A stretch of DNA of 62,300 nt, filler included, from Thermodesulfobacteriota bacterium (GTDB lineage Bacteria > DASVDK01), in NCBI GenBank assembly GCA_036381125.1. It is 7 parts of 7 records of this genome, joined end to end, with 100 filler letters (N's around TTAATTAATTAA, not from the genome) between each part and the next. Parts side by side here need not be neighbours in the genome. Positions count along the whole stretch, not along the records: positions 16,612 to 26,298 come from DASVDK010000014.1; positions 26,399 to 40,943 come from DASVDK010000015.1; 5 more parts are not named here. The stretch is one strand, 5' to 3'. A model generated the notes under the pieces. It was not told the DNA's origin. It worked only from the letters and a program-made list of their open reading frames with translations, and made no database searches. The translations under genes were made by a program, and so were the position numbers. Each line of letters begins with the position of its first letter. The stretch's first letter is position 1. Shown one piece after another: positions 19,788 through 30,975 of the stretch.

Positions 19788-20977
19788 CGCCGCACGCCGA
19801 TCATCTCCGCGTAGAGGGCGTCGTACCGGGCCGCCATGGCGTCGGCGCCGAAGCTCGACTCCACGTGGGCCCGCGCGCTCCCGGCCAGCCGGCGCGCCAG
19901 CGTCCGATCGGCGAGGAGCCGGGCGATCGCGCCCGCGAGCGCCGCGGCGTCGCCGGGCGGCACGAGCAGGCCGGTCTCGCCGTCGCGGACGAGTTCGGGG
20001 GTGCCGCCGACGGCGGTGGCGACGACCGGCGTGCCGGCCGCCATCGCCTCGAGGAGCGCGAGCGAGAGCCCCTCGGAGAGCGAGGGGAGGACGAAGACGT
20101 CGAAGGCATCGAGGAGGGCGCCGACGTCGTCGCGGAACCCGAGGACGCGGACGCGCCCGGCCACGCCGATCCGCTCGGCCTCGCGCTCGAGGTCCGCGCC
20201 GAGGACCGGCCGGCCGCAGAGGAGCACGGTCAGGTCGGGCCAGTCGCGCACGAGCCGCGCGGCCGCCTGGACGAGGAAGGTATGCCCCTTGACCGGCAGC
20301 AGGTTGCCGATGGCGCCGACGACCGGCGCCGACTCGGCGACGCCGAGCTCCCGCCGCAGCCGTCGCCCCTCGCCGGGCCGGCGCACCGCGGCGAGGTCGA
20401 TGCCGTTGTAGATGGTGACGAGCCCGTCCGGTCGGACCCCCACCCGCTCGGTGAGGTCCCGCGCGATGTCGCGCGAGACGGCGACCATGCGGAAGGCGGT
20501 CTTGCCGACGAACCGGTAGGCCAGCCGGCGATGGAGCCGCTCGCCGTAGTACTGCTTGCCGTGGACCGTGGCGACGATCGGCTTGCCCGCCAGCCTGGCC
20601 GCGATCGCGCCGTAGGTATTCATGGCGAATTCGTGGGCATGGAGGAGGTCCACCTGCCACTCCGCCAGCCGCGCGAGGAGCCGCGGGGGCCAGGTGGGGT
20701 CGAGGGGGCGTGCGAGCGGCAGGCTCGTCGCCGGGATCCCGCGCCGGCGCACCTCCTCGTTGAGCCACCCCTCGCGCCAGGTGAGGACGCGCGAGCGGTA
20801 GCGCGCGGGATCGAGCCGGTCGAGGAGCACGAGCAGCATCCGCTCGGCGCCCCCCGGGTCGGACGTCTCCATCATGTGGAGGATCGTGACCGGGCGCCGA
20901 GGCCGAGGGGGGCTGCCGGGGCTCGCTTCGCGGGGGACGGCGCTCACGCCGTCCGGGTCCAGCAAGGCACATGCCAA
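19784..20977 (-). CDS. Glycosyltransferase family 4
   Basis: GGAERML, HAH, GNLLPVKGH and FVLPSLSEGLSLALLEAMAAG. Start approximate. Confidence 0.9.
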   Translation of the reverse strand: MACALLDPDGVSAVPREASPGSPPRPRRPVTILHMMETSDPGGAERMLLVLLDRLDPARYRSRVLTWREGWLNEEVRRRGIPATSLPLARPLDPTWPPRLLARLAEWQVDLLHAHEFAMNTYGAIAARLAGKPIVATVHGKQYYGERLHRRLAYRFVGKTAFRMVAVSRDIARDLTERVGVRPDGLVTIYNGIDLAAVRRPGEGRRLRRELGVAESAPVVGAIGNLLPVKGHTFLVQAAARLVRDWPDLTVLLCGRPVLGADLEREAERIGVAGRVRVLGFRDDVGALLDAFDVFVLPSLSEGLSLALLEAMAAGTPVVATAVGGTPELVRDGETGLLVPPGDAAALAGAIARLLADRTLARRLAGSARAHVESSFGADAMAARYDALYAEMIGVRR

Positions 20978-20995
20978 GCCGGACCGGCAGCGGCG

Positions 20996-21628
20996 TCAGG
21001 GCTCGCCGACGGCGACGCGGATCACCTCGTCGCCGCGGCGCGCCTCGACGAGGAGCGGCGACTCGGCATCGGCCGCGTCGAGCGCCTCGAGGAGCGAGGG
21101 GACCAGGTGCGGGTCGTCGCCGTCGAGCTGCCGGCCGTCGACCGCGACGATGAGGTCGCCCGGCCGAAGCCCTGCCCGCACGAGCGGCGTGTCGGGCGGC
21201 CCGCCGACGAGCCTGAGCCCCGCGAACCGCCCCTCCACCTGCGCGCGCGCGAGGCGCGACCCGTGCCGCACGTGCAGCGGGTGGGCGTCGGCGGCGACCG
21301 GCCCGGCCTCCGCAAGGGGCGGGCCGTCGACCGGCTCGAGCGCGCGGCCGCCCGCACGGCCGGTGCGCAGCGTCAGACGACGCCCGGCGTCGTCGACGAG
21401 GTCCACCACGCCCCGCCGCACCGCCGCGAGACGCAGGCCCGGCGCCACCCGGTCCCCCACCCGCCTGGCCACCTGGCGGCCCGTCGCGTCCTCGAAGACG
21501 GCCGAGCCGGCCCTCCCCGGCACGAGCCAGGTGCCGACGAGCCGCGGCGCCGCCTCCTCGGCCGATCCCGCCGCCGGCGCGGCGAGCGCGGCGGCGGCGA
21601 GGGCGGCGAGCAGACGCGCGGCGGTCAC
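20996..21628 (-). CDS. Exported GspC/PilP-like protein with C-terminal PDZ domain
   Basis: GTG at 21628 (GTGA overlap). Signal-like N-terminus, HR-like segment RLVGT...SAVFED...RVGDRVAPGLRLAAVRR and PDZ segment AGLRPGDLIVAVDGRQL. Confidence 0.6.
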   Translation of the reverse strand: MTAARLLAALAAAALAAPAAGSAEEAAPRLVGTWLVPGRAGSAVFEDATGRQVARRVGDRVAPGLRLAAVRRGVVDLVDDAGRRLTLRTGRAGGRALEPVDGPPLAEAGPVAADAHPLHVRHGSRLARAQVEGRFAGLRLVGGPPDTPLVRAGLRPGDLIVAVDGRQLDGDDPHLVPSLLEALDAADAESPLLVEARRGDEVIRVAVGEP

Positions 21629-23748
21629 CGCGGGATCTCGTACACGTGCCGCTCGTAGGGCGCGTACGAGTCGGTGAACGAGCCGTCCTGGTCGGCCGTG
21701 ACCACGCGGTCCTCGAAGAGGACCCGGATCCGATCGCCGGCGCGGACCGAGGAGACGCGAAGCCGCGCCGTGAGCGGCTGCCTCCACTCGTTCACCGTGA
21801 GGAGCACCTTGCGCGAGGCCGACTGCCGGTACGCGGTCGCGACGCCGTCGGTGTCGCTCGTGCCGTCCCCCTCCTTGCGGTACTTCTCCGGGTACATCGT
21901 GTCGCCCACCTTCGCGGTGGCGACGGTCCGCCCGAGTTCCACGGCCGAGCCGTGGATCACGTCGGCCAGCGCCCGGATCTCGTCGGTGAGCGGCTTGAAC
22001 GACCGGTAGTAGTCGGCGGCCTGCGGGTCGTTCATCCCGGCCGGCGATCCCCAGAACCAGATGCCCCGCCCCCCGTGGACCAGGTTCATGTACAGCGCGG
22101 GTCGGTGGTAGTCGACGCCGAGCCACTTGTCCGGGGTGGTCCGCCCCTCGTAGGCGCGGGTGAGCGCCACGATGTTGAAGAACGCCCGGGTGCCGGCCTG
22201 CCGCCGCATCGACTCGGCGAAGAGGGCGATCGTCTGGAGCTTGTCGTAGGTCGGGTAGGTGTCGCTCATCTGGAAGTCGGCCAGCTCGAACCCGGCCCGG
22301 TGCATGAGCGGCTTCCAGCCCATCGTCGCCACCGCCGTCGGCACCCCGGGCGCCACGCGGTTGGCGATGGCGCGAAGCTCGAGGACCTGCTCCTCGAGGC
22401 TCCCCCAGTACTGGTCCTCGTGGTCCCACTCGTCCTTGAGGTAGACGAAGGGGACGTGCGGGTTCGACTTGACGAGGTTCGTCATGGCCCGCTCGAAGAC
22501 CTTCGTGACCCCTCGCCAGGTGCCGTCGTAGAGCTCCTGGTAGCCGGGACCGCCGTAGGTCATCGTCTTGCCCATCATCTTGACGAACGCCTGCCACGTG
22601 TCCTGGAACGCGATGGGCGACGTGAAGAGCCCCTCGCGCACCGAGGTCTCCATGAGCGTCGTGATGCCCATCTGCTCCTGCGGCCGGCCCGCGCCGTCGA
22701 CCCAGGTCCAGTGCCCCTCCGCCCACCAGCGCCGGCCGTTGCCCTCGGCGTAGCCGACGGCGATGTTCGTGTTGGCGCCCATCAGGTTGGCCGCCTTGTA
22801 CTGGTTCGCGTCGTTGACGGCCGAGGGCATGTTCACGATGATCGGCACGTACGGCCGCCCCTGCCGGTCGTAGAGCTTCCCGTCGGCCATGACGGGGGTC
22901 GTCGCCGGCCAGAAGCCGGCCACCGGCGCGCGGCTCGGGATCGGCCCCTGGGCCGCGATGATGCGGTGGACGAGCATCGACCCGTAGAACTCGTTCCCCC
23001 CGTAGGTGCCGCCGCCGATGCGGATCCGGTAGCGGCCGTCCCCCTCGCGCGGAGCGTTTCCCGGGATCGCCAGCACGACGCGCTTCCAGCGGTGGTCGCG
23101 CTTCGCCTCGAGTTCCCCGAGCGAGACCGGGCCGATCTTCACGCTCGGGCCGTTCCCCTTGGGCCGGTAGGGGTCGAGCTTCGGCGAGAAGAGGTTGTCC
23201 TTGTACTCGAAGGCGACGTGCGTGCTCGTGCCCGGGACGTAGACGTCGGCCGGGTAGGTCGGCACGATGGCGCGCCAACGCACGAAGCCGCTGCCGCCGT
23301 CGGGCAGCTCGTCGGCGGAGGCGTACGGCCAGAAGCCCTCGGGATCGCCCGGCCGCTCGTAGCCGGCCGGCCCGTTCCACGCGTACGCCCCGTCCTGGTC
23401 GCCGGAGACGATCTGGATCGGCCCGCTTCCCTTGTCGTTCGCGTCGCCGAGCGTGCGCGAGACGGCCTGGCTGCCGAGAGCGGCGTCGGGCCAGCCGAGC
23501 GGCCCGCCGATGGGGCCGCCGTCGCCGGGGTCGCCGGTGCCCGGCTCGCTGCCGGGATCACCGGTCCCCGGCTCGTTTCCTGGATCACCGGTGCCCGGGT
23601 TGCCCCCGGGGTCCGTGCCGTTGCCCGCGTCCTGACCCGGCCCGGCTCCCCCCGAAAGCTGGTCGGGCGTGACGGCGGCGCCGCACGCCGTCGCGAAGAG
23701 CCACAACGCCGCCACAGCGGCCGCTCCGAGCCGTCGTCGTCCCTGCAT
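21625..23748 (-). CDS. Large lipoprotein with probable glycoside-hydrolase-like TIM barrel and C-terminal beta-sandwich
   Basis: Lipobox ATA-C, G/P/D-rich linker, motifs YLKDEW, SDTYP and HGGRGIWFW, and a C-terminal FTDSYAPYERHVYEI strand. Confidence 0.55.
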   Translation of the reverse strand: MQGRRRLGAAAVAALWLFATACGAAVTPDQLSGGAGPGQDAGNGTDPGGNPGTGDPGNEPGTGDPGSEPGTGDPGDGGPIGGPLGWPDAALGSQAVSRTLGDANDKGSGPIQIVSGDQDGAYAWNGPAGYERPGDPEGFWPYASADELPDGGSGFVRWRAIVPTYPADVYVPGTSTHVAFEYKDNLFSPKLDPYRPKGNGPSVKIGPVSLGELEAKRDHRWKRVVLAIPGNAPREGDGRYRIRIGGGTYGGNEFYGSMLVHRIIAAQGPIPSRAPVAGFWPATTPVMADGKLYDRQGRPYVPIIVNMPSAVNDANQYKAANLMGANTNIAVGYAEGNGRRWWAEGHWTWVDGAGRPQEQMGITTLMETSVREGLFTSPIAFQDTWQAFVKMMGKTMTYGGPGYQELYDGTWRGVTKVFERAMTNLVKSNPHVPFVYLKDEWDHEDQYWGSLEEQVLELRAIANRVAPGVPTAVATMGWKPLMHRAGFELADFQMSDTYPTYDKLQTIALFAESMRRQAGTRAFFNIVALTRAYEGRTTPDKWLGVDYHRPALYMNLVHGGRGIWFWGSPAGMNDPQAADYYRSFKPLTDEIRALADVIHGSAVELGRTVATAKVGDTMYPEKYRKEGDGTSDTDGVATAYRQSASRKVLLTVNEWRQPLTARLRVSSVRAGDRIRVLFEDRVVTADQDGSFTDSYAPYERHVYEIPR
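23524..23604 (-). repeat. Three 27-bp coding repeats (xxPGTGDPG linker)
   Basis: Protein reads GNPGTGDPG-NEPGTGDPG-SEPGTGDPG. Confidence 0.8.
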
Positions 23749-23809
23749 GTGACCCCTCCCTCGCCGGTCGGCAAAGCTACGTCCAGGTTGGCAACCGAGC
23801 GGGGCGCAA

Positions 23810-23825
23810 AGCAGGCGCTATGCCT
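23810..23825 (-). promoter_or_regulatory. Candidate sigma54 promoter of the lipoprotein-GT4 operon
   Basis: Minus strand AGGCATAGCGCCTGCT (GG-N10-GC), about 60 bp upstream of ATG 23748 (RBS GGGAGGG) and just downstream of a sigma54 activator gene. Confidence 0.55.
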
Positions 23826-23959
23826 CTCGCGGCGCCGCGTGAGCGCCCGCACGAGCGTCGGGGCTAACGGCGCGGGGTCAGGACGGTGGGGATGCCGTGG
23901 TTACGGGAGGATACCGGGACGGGCGGTGACAGATCCGTGACGGCGTGAACGGATCCGCA

Positions 23960-25410
<1,451 letters not shown>

Positions 25411-25414
<4 letters not shown>

Positions 25415-26298
25415 GAAGCCAGCCTCCGCCGCGGATCGGGGTAGGCGCGGCCGGCGGCGCCTCGCGCGGCCGGCAGGACGATGCGGAAGGTGGCGCCGCG
25501 GCCCGGCTCGCTCGAGACCTCGATGCCGCCGCGGTGGCACGTGACGATCTTCTGCACGGTGGCGAGCCCGACGCCGGAGCCCTCGGGCTTCGTCGTGAAG
25601 AACGGATAGAAGATGGAGTCCATGATGTCCGGCGCGATGCCGGGGCCGGTGTCGCCGACGGTGATCGTCACGCCCGGCCCCGGCGAGGAGCCGGTCGCGA
25701 GGGTCAGGGTGCCGCCGCGGTCGCGCATCGCCTCGATCGCGTTCGTCAGGAGGTTGCAGACCGCCTCGCGCAGCCGGTTCGCGTCGCCGGTAACCGGCGG
25801 CAGCGCCTCGGCCAGGTCGAGCCGCACCTCGATCGGCGCGGCGGCCTCGGCGAGCGCCGCCTCGGCCAGCGCCAGCGCCTCGCGCACGGTGTCGTTCACC
25901 GAGACCTCGCCGAGGTCGAGGGCGAGGGGGCGGAGGTACGTGAGGCAGCGGTTGACGGTCTCCTCGAGCTTGCGCACCTCGGTGATGATGGCGTCGATCA
26001 GGTCCGCCTCCTGGGGCGAGGCCTCGATGCGGCGCCTGAGCATGGTGGCCGACAGCCGGATGCCGGCCAGCGGGTTGCGCATCTCGTGGGCGATCGTGGC
26101 GGCCATGGCGCCGACGGCCGCCAGGCGCTCGCGGGCGAGCGTCGTCTCGACGCCCGTCTCGATCTGCGAGAGCGCCCTGAGGAGGACGAGGGCGCCGAGC
26201 AGGCGCCCCTGGTCGTCGCGGGCGGCGTGGACGGTGAAGCCGACCGCCCGCTCCCGTCCCCCCACCACCACCGCTGCCTCGGCCTTGTCGGCCGTCGA
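25411..26298 (-). CDS. Sensor histidine kinase (5' truncated)
   Basis: H-box IAHEMRNPL, N-box NLLTNAIEAM, DTGPGI and PFFTTKPEGSGVGL. Confidence 0.93.
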
Positions 26299-26398
26299 NN
26301 NNNNNNNNNNNNNNNNNNNNNNNNNNNNNNNNNNNNNNNNNNTTAATTAATTAANNNNNNNNNNNNNNNNNNNNNNNNNNNNNNNNNNNNNNNNNNNN
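26299..26398. other. Artificial contig linker
   Basis: N-run with central TTAATTAATTAA. Confidence 0.99.
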
Positions 26399-27067
26399 CC
26401 GGGGGTGCGGGGGGCGGGGGGCAATCAAGCCATCATCGCCGCCGGCACCGGCCTCGGCGAGACAGGGCTCTACTGGGATGGGTCGAAACACCACCCGTTC
26501 GCCACGGAGGGCGGACACGCCGACTTCGCGCCGCGGGACGAGCTCGAGATCGAGCTGCTCCGCTACCTCCTGCGCGAACTCGACCGGGTGAGCGTCGAAC
26601 GGGTCGTGTCCGGGCCCGGCCTCTACCGCATCTACCGGTTCCTCCGGGACACCGGGCGGGGCGAGGAGCCGGTCTGGCTCGCCGAGGCGTTGCGCCGGGG
26701 AGACCCGCCCCGCGTCGTCTCGGAAGCCGCGCTCGCCGGCCGGTCCGGGCTGTGCGCGCAGGCCCTCGACCTCTTCGTCTCGCTCTACGGCGCCGAGGCC
26801 GGGAACCTCGCGCTCAAGACGATGGCCACGGGTGGGGTCTTCGTCGCCGGCGGGATAGCGCCCCGGATCGTCGAGAAGCTGAAGGACGGGCGATTCATGG
26901 AGGCCTTCGTCGCCAAGGGCAGGCTCGAGTCGATCCTCGCGGCCATTCCCGTGCGGGTCATCTTGAACGACACGGCGGCGCTACTCGGCGCGGCGCGCTA
27001 CGCCATGCCGGCCGTGGCCCCTTCGCCGGAGGGCCGCGCCCCGACACGAACACCGAGGACACCATGA
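26399..27067 (+). CDS. glk: Glucokinase (5' truncated)
   Basis: AGTGLG, EGGHADFAP, ERVVSGPGL, GGVFVAGGIAP and ALLGAA. Confidence 0.92.
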   Translation, partial: PGVRGAGGNQAIIAAGTGLGETGLYWDGSKHHPFATEGGHADFAPRDELEIELLRYLLRELDRVSVERVVSGPGLYRIYRFLRDTGRGEEPVWLAEALRRGDPPRVVSEAALAGRSGLCAQALDLFVSLYGAEAGNLALKTMATGGVFVAGGIAPRIVEKLKDGRFMEAFVAKGRLESILAAIPVRVILNDTAALLGAARYAMPAVAPSPEGRAPTRTPRTP

Positions 27068-27358
27068 CGCGCAGAGCGACCGCCCGGAATCGCACGGGCC
27101 GGATCCGCACGGCGCCCGATCGGGCGCCCGAGGCGTCCTTCGAGCGCCGGGCGGCCGGATACGGCCCGATCCGCCGCTCCGCCGTGACGCGCGGCGGGTG
27201 CGCGCGCTCGCCGGCCGGCCGGCCGCCGGCGGGGTGGCGGGCGATGGTGTGCCGGTGTACGACCTCCTCGCCGCGGCCGACCGCGTCGCGTCGGCCGGCA
27301 TGCGGCCGGTCGCGCACGAATGGAGCGGCTGCGTGAGACCGACGATCGGAGGCAAACC

Positions 27359-29785
27359 ATGACGCAGGTGGTGCTCGAGACCGGAGGCATCTTCCGCGGA
27401 AGCTCGGCGGCGGCGCTCCAGGCGGTGCTCGAGCGGCAGCCGGGCGTCCATCATGCCGAGGTCAACCCGGTGAGCCAGACGGCGACGGTCGCCTTCGACG
27501 AGTCCGTCGTCTCCGAGGCCGAGCTGCGGCGCGTCGTCGAGGCCTGCGGCTATCACTGCCGGGGTGAGGTCGTGCCGAGCCACCTCTGCGCGCCGGACGC
27601 CGGGGCCGCGTCGCCGGGAGCGGGCGCGGCCGTTCCCGAGGCGCACGCCGCACACGCGGCGCACGCGGCACACGCTCGCCCCTCGGCTGCAGCCGAAGCG
27701 GCGGGCATGGCGCACGCCATGGGGCACGCCCCCGGCATGACGATGGACGACATGGTCCGCGACATGCGCAACCGCTTCTGGGTCACCGCGCTCCTGGCCG
27801 TCCCGATCGTGCTCTGGTCGCCGATGGGCGCCGAGATGTTCGGCCTGCACCTGCGGGTGCCGCTCGGGCTGTCGTCCGAGCTCTGGCAGTTCCTGCTGGC
27901 GACGCCGGCCGTCGTCTGGGGCGGGCAGGTCTTCTTCGTCGGCGCCTGGCGGGCGCTCCGCAACCGGACGCTCGACATGTCGGTCCTGATCGCGCTGTCG
28001 GTCGGGGCGGGCTACCTCTTCAGCGTCGCGGCGACCTTCCTCTTCGACGGCGAGGTCTTCTACGAGGCGGCCGTCGTGCTGCTCGCCTTCGTCCTCTTCG
28101 GCCACTGGATGGAGATGCGCGCCCGGGCGGGCGCGTCGGCCGCGATCCGTGCGCTCCTCGAGCTGGCCCCGCCGAAGGCGACGGTCATTCGGGACGGCCG
28201 GGCGGTCGAGGTGCCGACCTCGGAGGTCCGCGTCGGGGAGACGCTGCTCGTCCGGCCGGGCGACAAGCTGGCCGTGGACGGCGTCGTCCTCGAGGGGGAG
28301 TCGAGCGTCGACGAGTCGATGATCACCGGCGAGAGCGTGCCGGTCGACAAGCGCCCGGGCGATCCGGTCACGGGAGCCACGATCAACAAGACCGGCACGT
28401 TCCGCTATCGGGCGACCCGGGTCGGCGCGGAGACGGCGCTCGCGCAGATCGTGAAGCTGGTCCAGGAGGCGCAGAACTCCAGGGCCCCCGCCCAGCGGCT
28501 CGCCGACCGGGCGGCGCAGTGGCTCGTGGCGGCCGCCGTCCTCCTCGGCCTGGCGACCTTCCTCGGGTGGTACGTCGTCGCCGGCAGCTCGTTCGTCTTC
28601 GCGCTGACCCTCGCCATCACGGTCGTGATCATCGCCTGCCCCGACGCCCTGGGCCTCGCCACGCCGACCGCCGTCATGGTGGGCACCGGCCTCGGGGCGA
28701 CGAACGGGATCCTCTTCAAGAACGCGACGGCGCTCGAGGAGGCGAGCCGGCTCGAGGTCGTCGTCTTCGACAAGACCGGCACGCTCACCGTCGGCGAGCC
28801 GCGGGTGGTCGAGGTCGTGACGCGCGACGGGGCCCTCGGCGAGCCCGACCTCATCCGTCTCGTCGCGTCGGCCGAACAGTCGAGCGAGCATCCCCTCGCC
28901 CAGGCGGTCGTCACCCACGGGCGTGAGCGGGGACTCGCGCTGTCGCAGCCGCGTGACTTTCGGGCGGTGCCCGGTCACGGGCTCGAGGCGACCGTGGAAG
29001 GCCGGAGCCTGCTCGTCGGCAACCGGAAGCTCATGCGGGACCGGGGTGTCGAGTTGGGGGACCTCGAGGCTCGGGCCGAGGCGCTCCAGGGCGCGGGTCG
29101 TACCGTGGTCCACGTCGCGATCGACGGCGGCGCCGCCGGCCTGATCGCCGTCGCCGACGCGGTGCGGCCGACCGCGCGGCAGGCGGTGGAGGAGCTTACC
29201 CGGATGGGGGTCGAGGTGGCGATGCTCTCCGGCGACAACCGGGCGACCGCCGAGCGGATCGCCGGCGAGATCGGCATCCGGCGCGTGCTGGCCGAGGTGC
29301 TCCCCGACCAGAAGGCGAGCACGGTGCGCGAGCTGCAGCAGACCGGCCGGCGGGTCGGGATGGTCGGCGACGGGATCAACGACGCCCCGGCCCTCGCGCA
29401 GGCCGACGTCGGCATCGCCATCGGGGCGGGCACGGACGTCGCGGTCGAGACGGCGGACGTGGTCCTGATGAAGAGCGACCCCTTCGACGTCATCGGCGCC
29501 ATCGCCCTCAGCCGGGCGACCGTCCGCAAGATGAAGCAGAACCTCGCCTGGGCCGTCGGCTACAACACGGTCGCGTTCCCGATCGCCGCCGGGGTCTTCT
29601 ACCCGTCGTTCGGGCTCTTGCTGCGGCCCGAGATCGCGGCCCTGTCGATGTCGGGCAGCTCGCTGCTCGTGGCGCTGAACGCGCTCCTCCTCAAGTGGAC
29701 GCGCCTGCCCGGCATCCGGCGGGTGGAGCCCGAAGGCGGCACCCTGCCGGCTCCAGAGTCGCATGCTCATCACGCCTCGCACTAG
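27359..29785 (+). CDS. Heavy-metal (probably copper) translocating P1B-type ATPase
   Basis: ATG at 27359 after [44 protein letters not shown] and MSGSS motifs, plus a His/Met-rich N-terminal linker. Confidence 0.92.
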   Translation: MTQVVLETGGIFRGSSAAALQAVLERQPGVHHAEVNPVSQTATVAFDESVVSEAELRRVVEACGYHCRGEVVPSHLCAPDAGAASPGAGAAVPEAHAAHAAHAAHARPSAAAEAAGMAHAMGHAPGMTMDDMVRDMRNRFWVTALLAVPIVLWSPMGAEMFGLHLRVPLGLSSELWQFLLATPAVVWGGQVFFVGAWRALRNRTLDMSVLIALSVGAGYLFSVAATFLFDGEVFYEAAVVLLAFVLFGHWMEMRARAGASAAIRALLELAPPKATVIRDGRAVEVPTSEVRVGETLLVRPGDKLAVDGVVLEGESSVDESMITGESVPVDKRPGDPVTGATINKTGTFRYRATRVGAETALAQIVKLVQEAQNSRAPAQRLADRAAQWLVAAAVLLGLATFLGWYVVAGSSFVFALTLAITVVIIACPDALGLATPTAVMVGTGLGATNGILFKNATALEEASRLEVVVFDKTGTLTVGEPRVVEVVTRDGALGEPDLIRLVASAEQSSEHPLAQAVVTHGRERGLALSQPRDFRAVPGHGLEATVEGRSLLVGNRKLMRDRGVELGDLEARAEALQGAGRTVVHVAIDGGAAGLIAVADAVRPTARQAVEELTRMGVEVAMLSGDNRATAERIAGEIGIRRVLAEVLPDQKASTVRELQQTGRRVGMVGDGINDAPALAQADVGIAIGAGTDVAVETADVVLMKSDPFDVIGAIALSRATVRKMKQNLAWAVGYNTVAFPIAAGVFYPSFGLLLRPEIAALSMSGSSLLVALNALLLKWTRLPGIRRVEPEGGTLPAPESHAHHASH

Positions 29786-30046
29786 GCTGGGTCTGCAAAG
29801 CCTCGTGGTATCGCTCTGGCAGGGGCCTCCCGCCGCGCCACCCCCGGTCGGCGGGGCCCCCCGGCTCCGGCGCGGGCCTGCGGCCCGCCCCGTGAGCCGC
29901 CCCGCCTCCCGGGGGGCACCCGGCGCGGCTCGCGGCCCCTCGACCCCCGAGCCGCTCTGCCTTGTCCGTGGCCTCCTCACACCCGCCGGCCGTCGTCCGG
30001 CACGGCCCGGCTGCTCCCGCTACCGGCCTTTGTAGACAGACCCTAG
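29782..30046. mobile_element. Putative MITE (IS5-family-like ends) flanked by CTAG
   Basis: Left CTAG-GCTGGGTCTGCAAAG and right CTTTGTAGACAGACC-CTAG form imperfect inverted ends (15/19 including CTAG). No transposase inside. Confidence 0.55.
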
Positions 30047-30648
30047 CGGGGCGGACGCCTTGACGGCCACGCGACGCACCGAGTCCTCTCGCACGCCCAG
30101 GATGGCCAGACGGCTCGAGCCCATGTCACTCCGGCGCCGGCTCGCGTTCCAGCCGGGCGCGCGAGCCGCGCTTCAGATGCTCGCCCTTCTGTGGGTCGTG
30201 CTGTCCTGCCACCCCGGACACGCGCTGGAGGGCCGTCACGGCCAGCCGGACGTCCATGCGGACGCGGTGAGCACGTCGGTACCCGCGGAAACCCCGCACC
30301 CCCGTATGGCGCTGTCCGCCTTCGTGAACGGCTGCGACGGAGATGCGTTCGCCGCGCCGTTCCGGCGCGACGGTCGGGACACGCCGGCCGTGTCGGCACG
30401 TGCCGCCCGGGCAGCCGACCTCGGCAGCGACCTGCCTGCCCGCACGGTCCGCCACACGGTCCCATCTTCCCGCGCTGCCCACTCCCTCGCGGTCGCCCGG
30501 CCTCTTCGAATCCAGCCGCCCGCAGCGGGCTCGTTCACTCTGGCATCTCTGACCCTCTCCGGGGTGCTTCGCACGCGCGGGGCGGATCGTGGGCCGCCCG
30601 TGCGGGCACCCGTTCCGGGGAGCCAACGCGCTCGCAAGCCGTTCGTGA

Positions 30649-30846
30649 CGGTGTGCCCGCGTCCCGGCGCTCGCCGTGCGGCCGGGCGAGACGAAGGAGC
30701 TGCTCTGGCGGTTCGCAGAGCGCGAGGACATCGAGTTCGCCTGCAACCTCCCCGGGCACGCCGAGGCCGGGATGCGAGGCGACGTGAAGGTCGCGGGCGT
30801 GACGGCGGAGGGGTTCACGCCCCCCGCCCCGAGCGTGAGCCGATGA
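30649..30846 (+). pseudogene. C-terminal remnant of a CopI-like cupredoxin (blue copper protein)
   Basis: Frame 1 reads ...ALAVRPGETKELLWRFAEREDIEFACNLPGHAEAGMRGDVKV...*, containing the C-x4-H-x4-M type-1 Cu loop. An in-frame TGA at 30646-30648 precedes it, so the N-terminus is missing. Not in the ORF track. Confidence 0.75.
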
Positions 30847-30975
30847 TGCCGGAGGTCGCGATCACGCGGCCGCCGTGCGCCGGCATGGCGTCGTGCAGCG
30901 GATGGCCGGCAAGAGGATGGGTGCTCGCTACAATCGGGGCGTGGGGTTCGGTCCGATTCCCTGGAGGGCCCGCCC

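Noticed and set aside
27064-27336. ATG with a GAGGA-like RBS overlapping the glucokinase stop
   Set aside because: The product is Arg/Ala/Pro-rich with no recognisable domain. It could be a remnant but cannot be supported.
29998-30015. GGCACG as a sigma54 promoter for the 30.1-kb region
   Set aside because: The GC falls 12 nt after GG, not the required 10, and the site lies inside the putative MITE.
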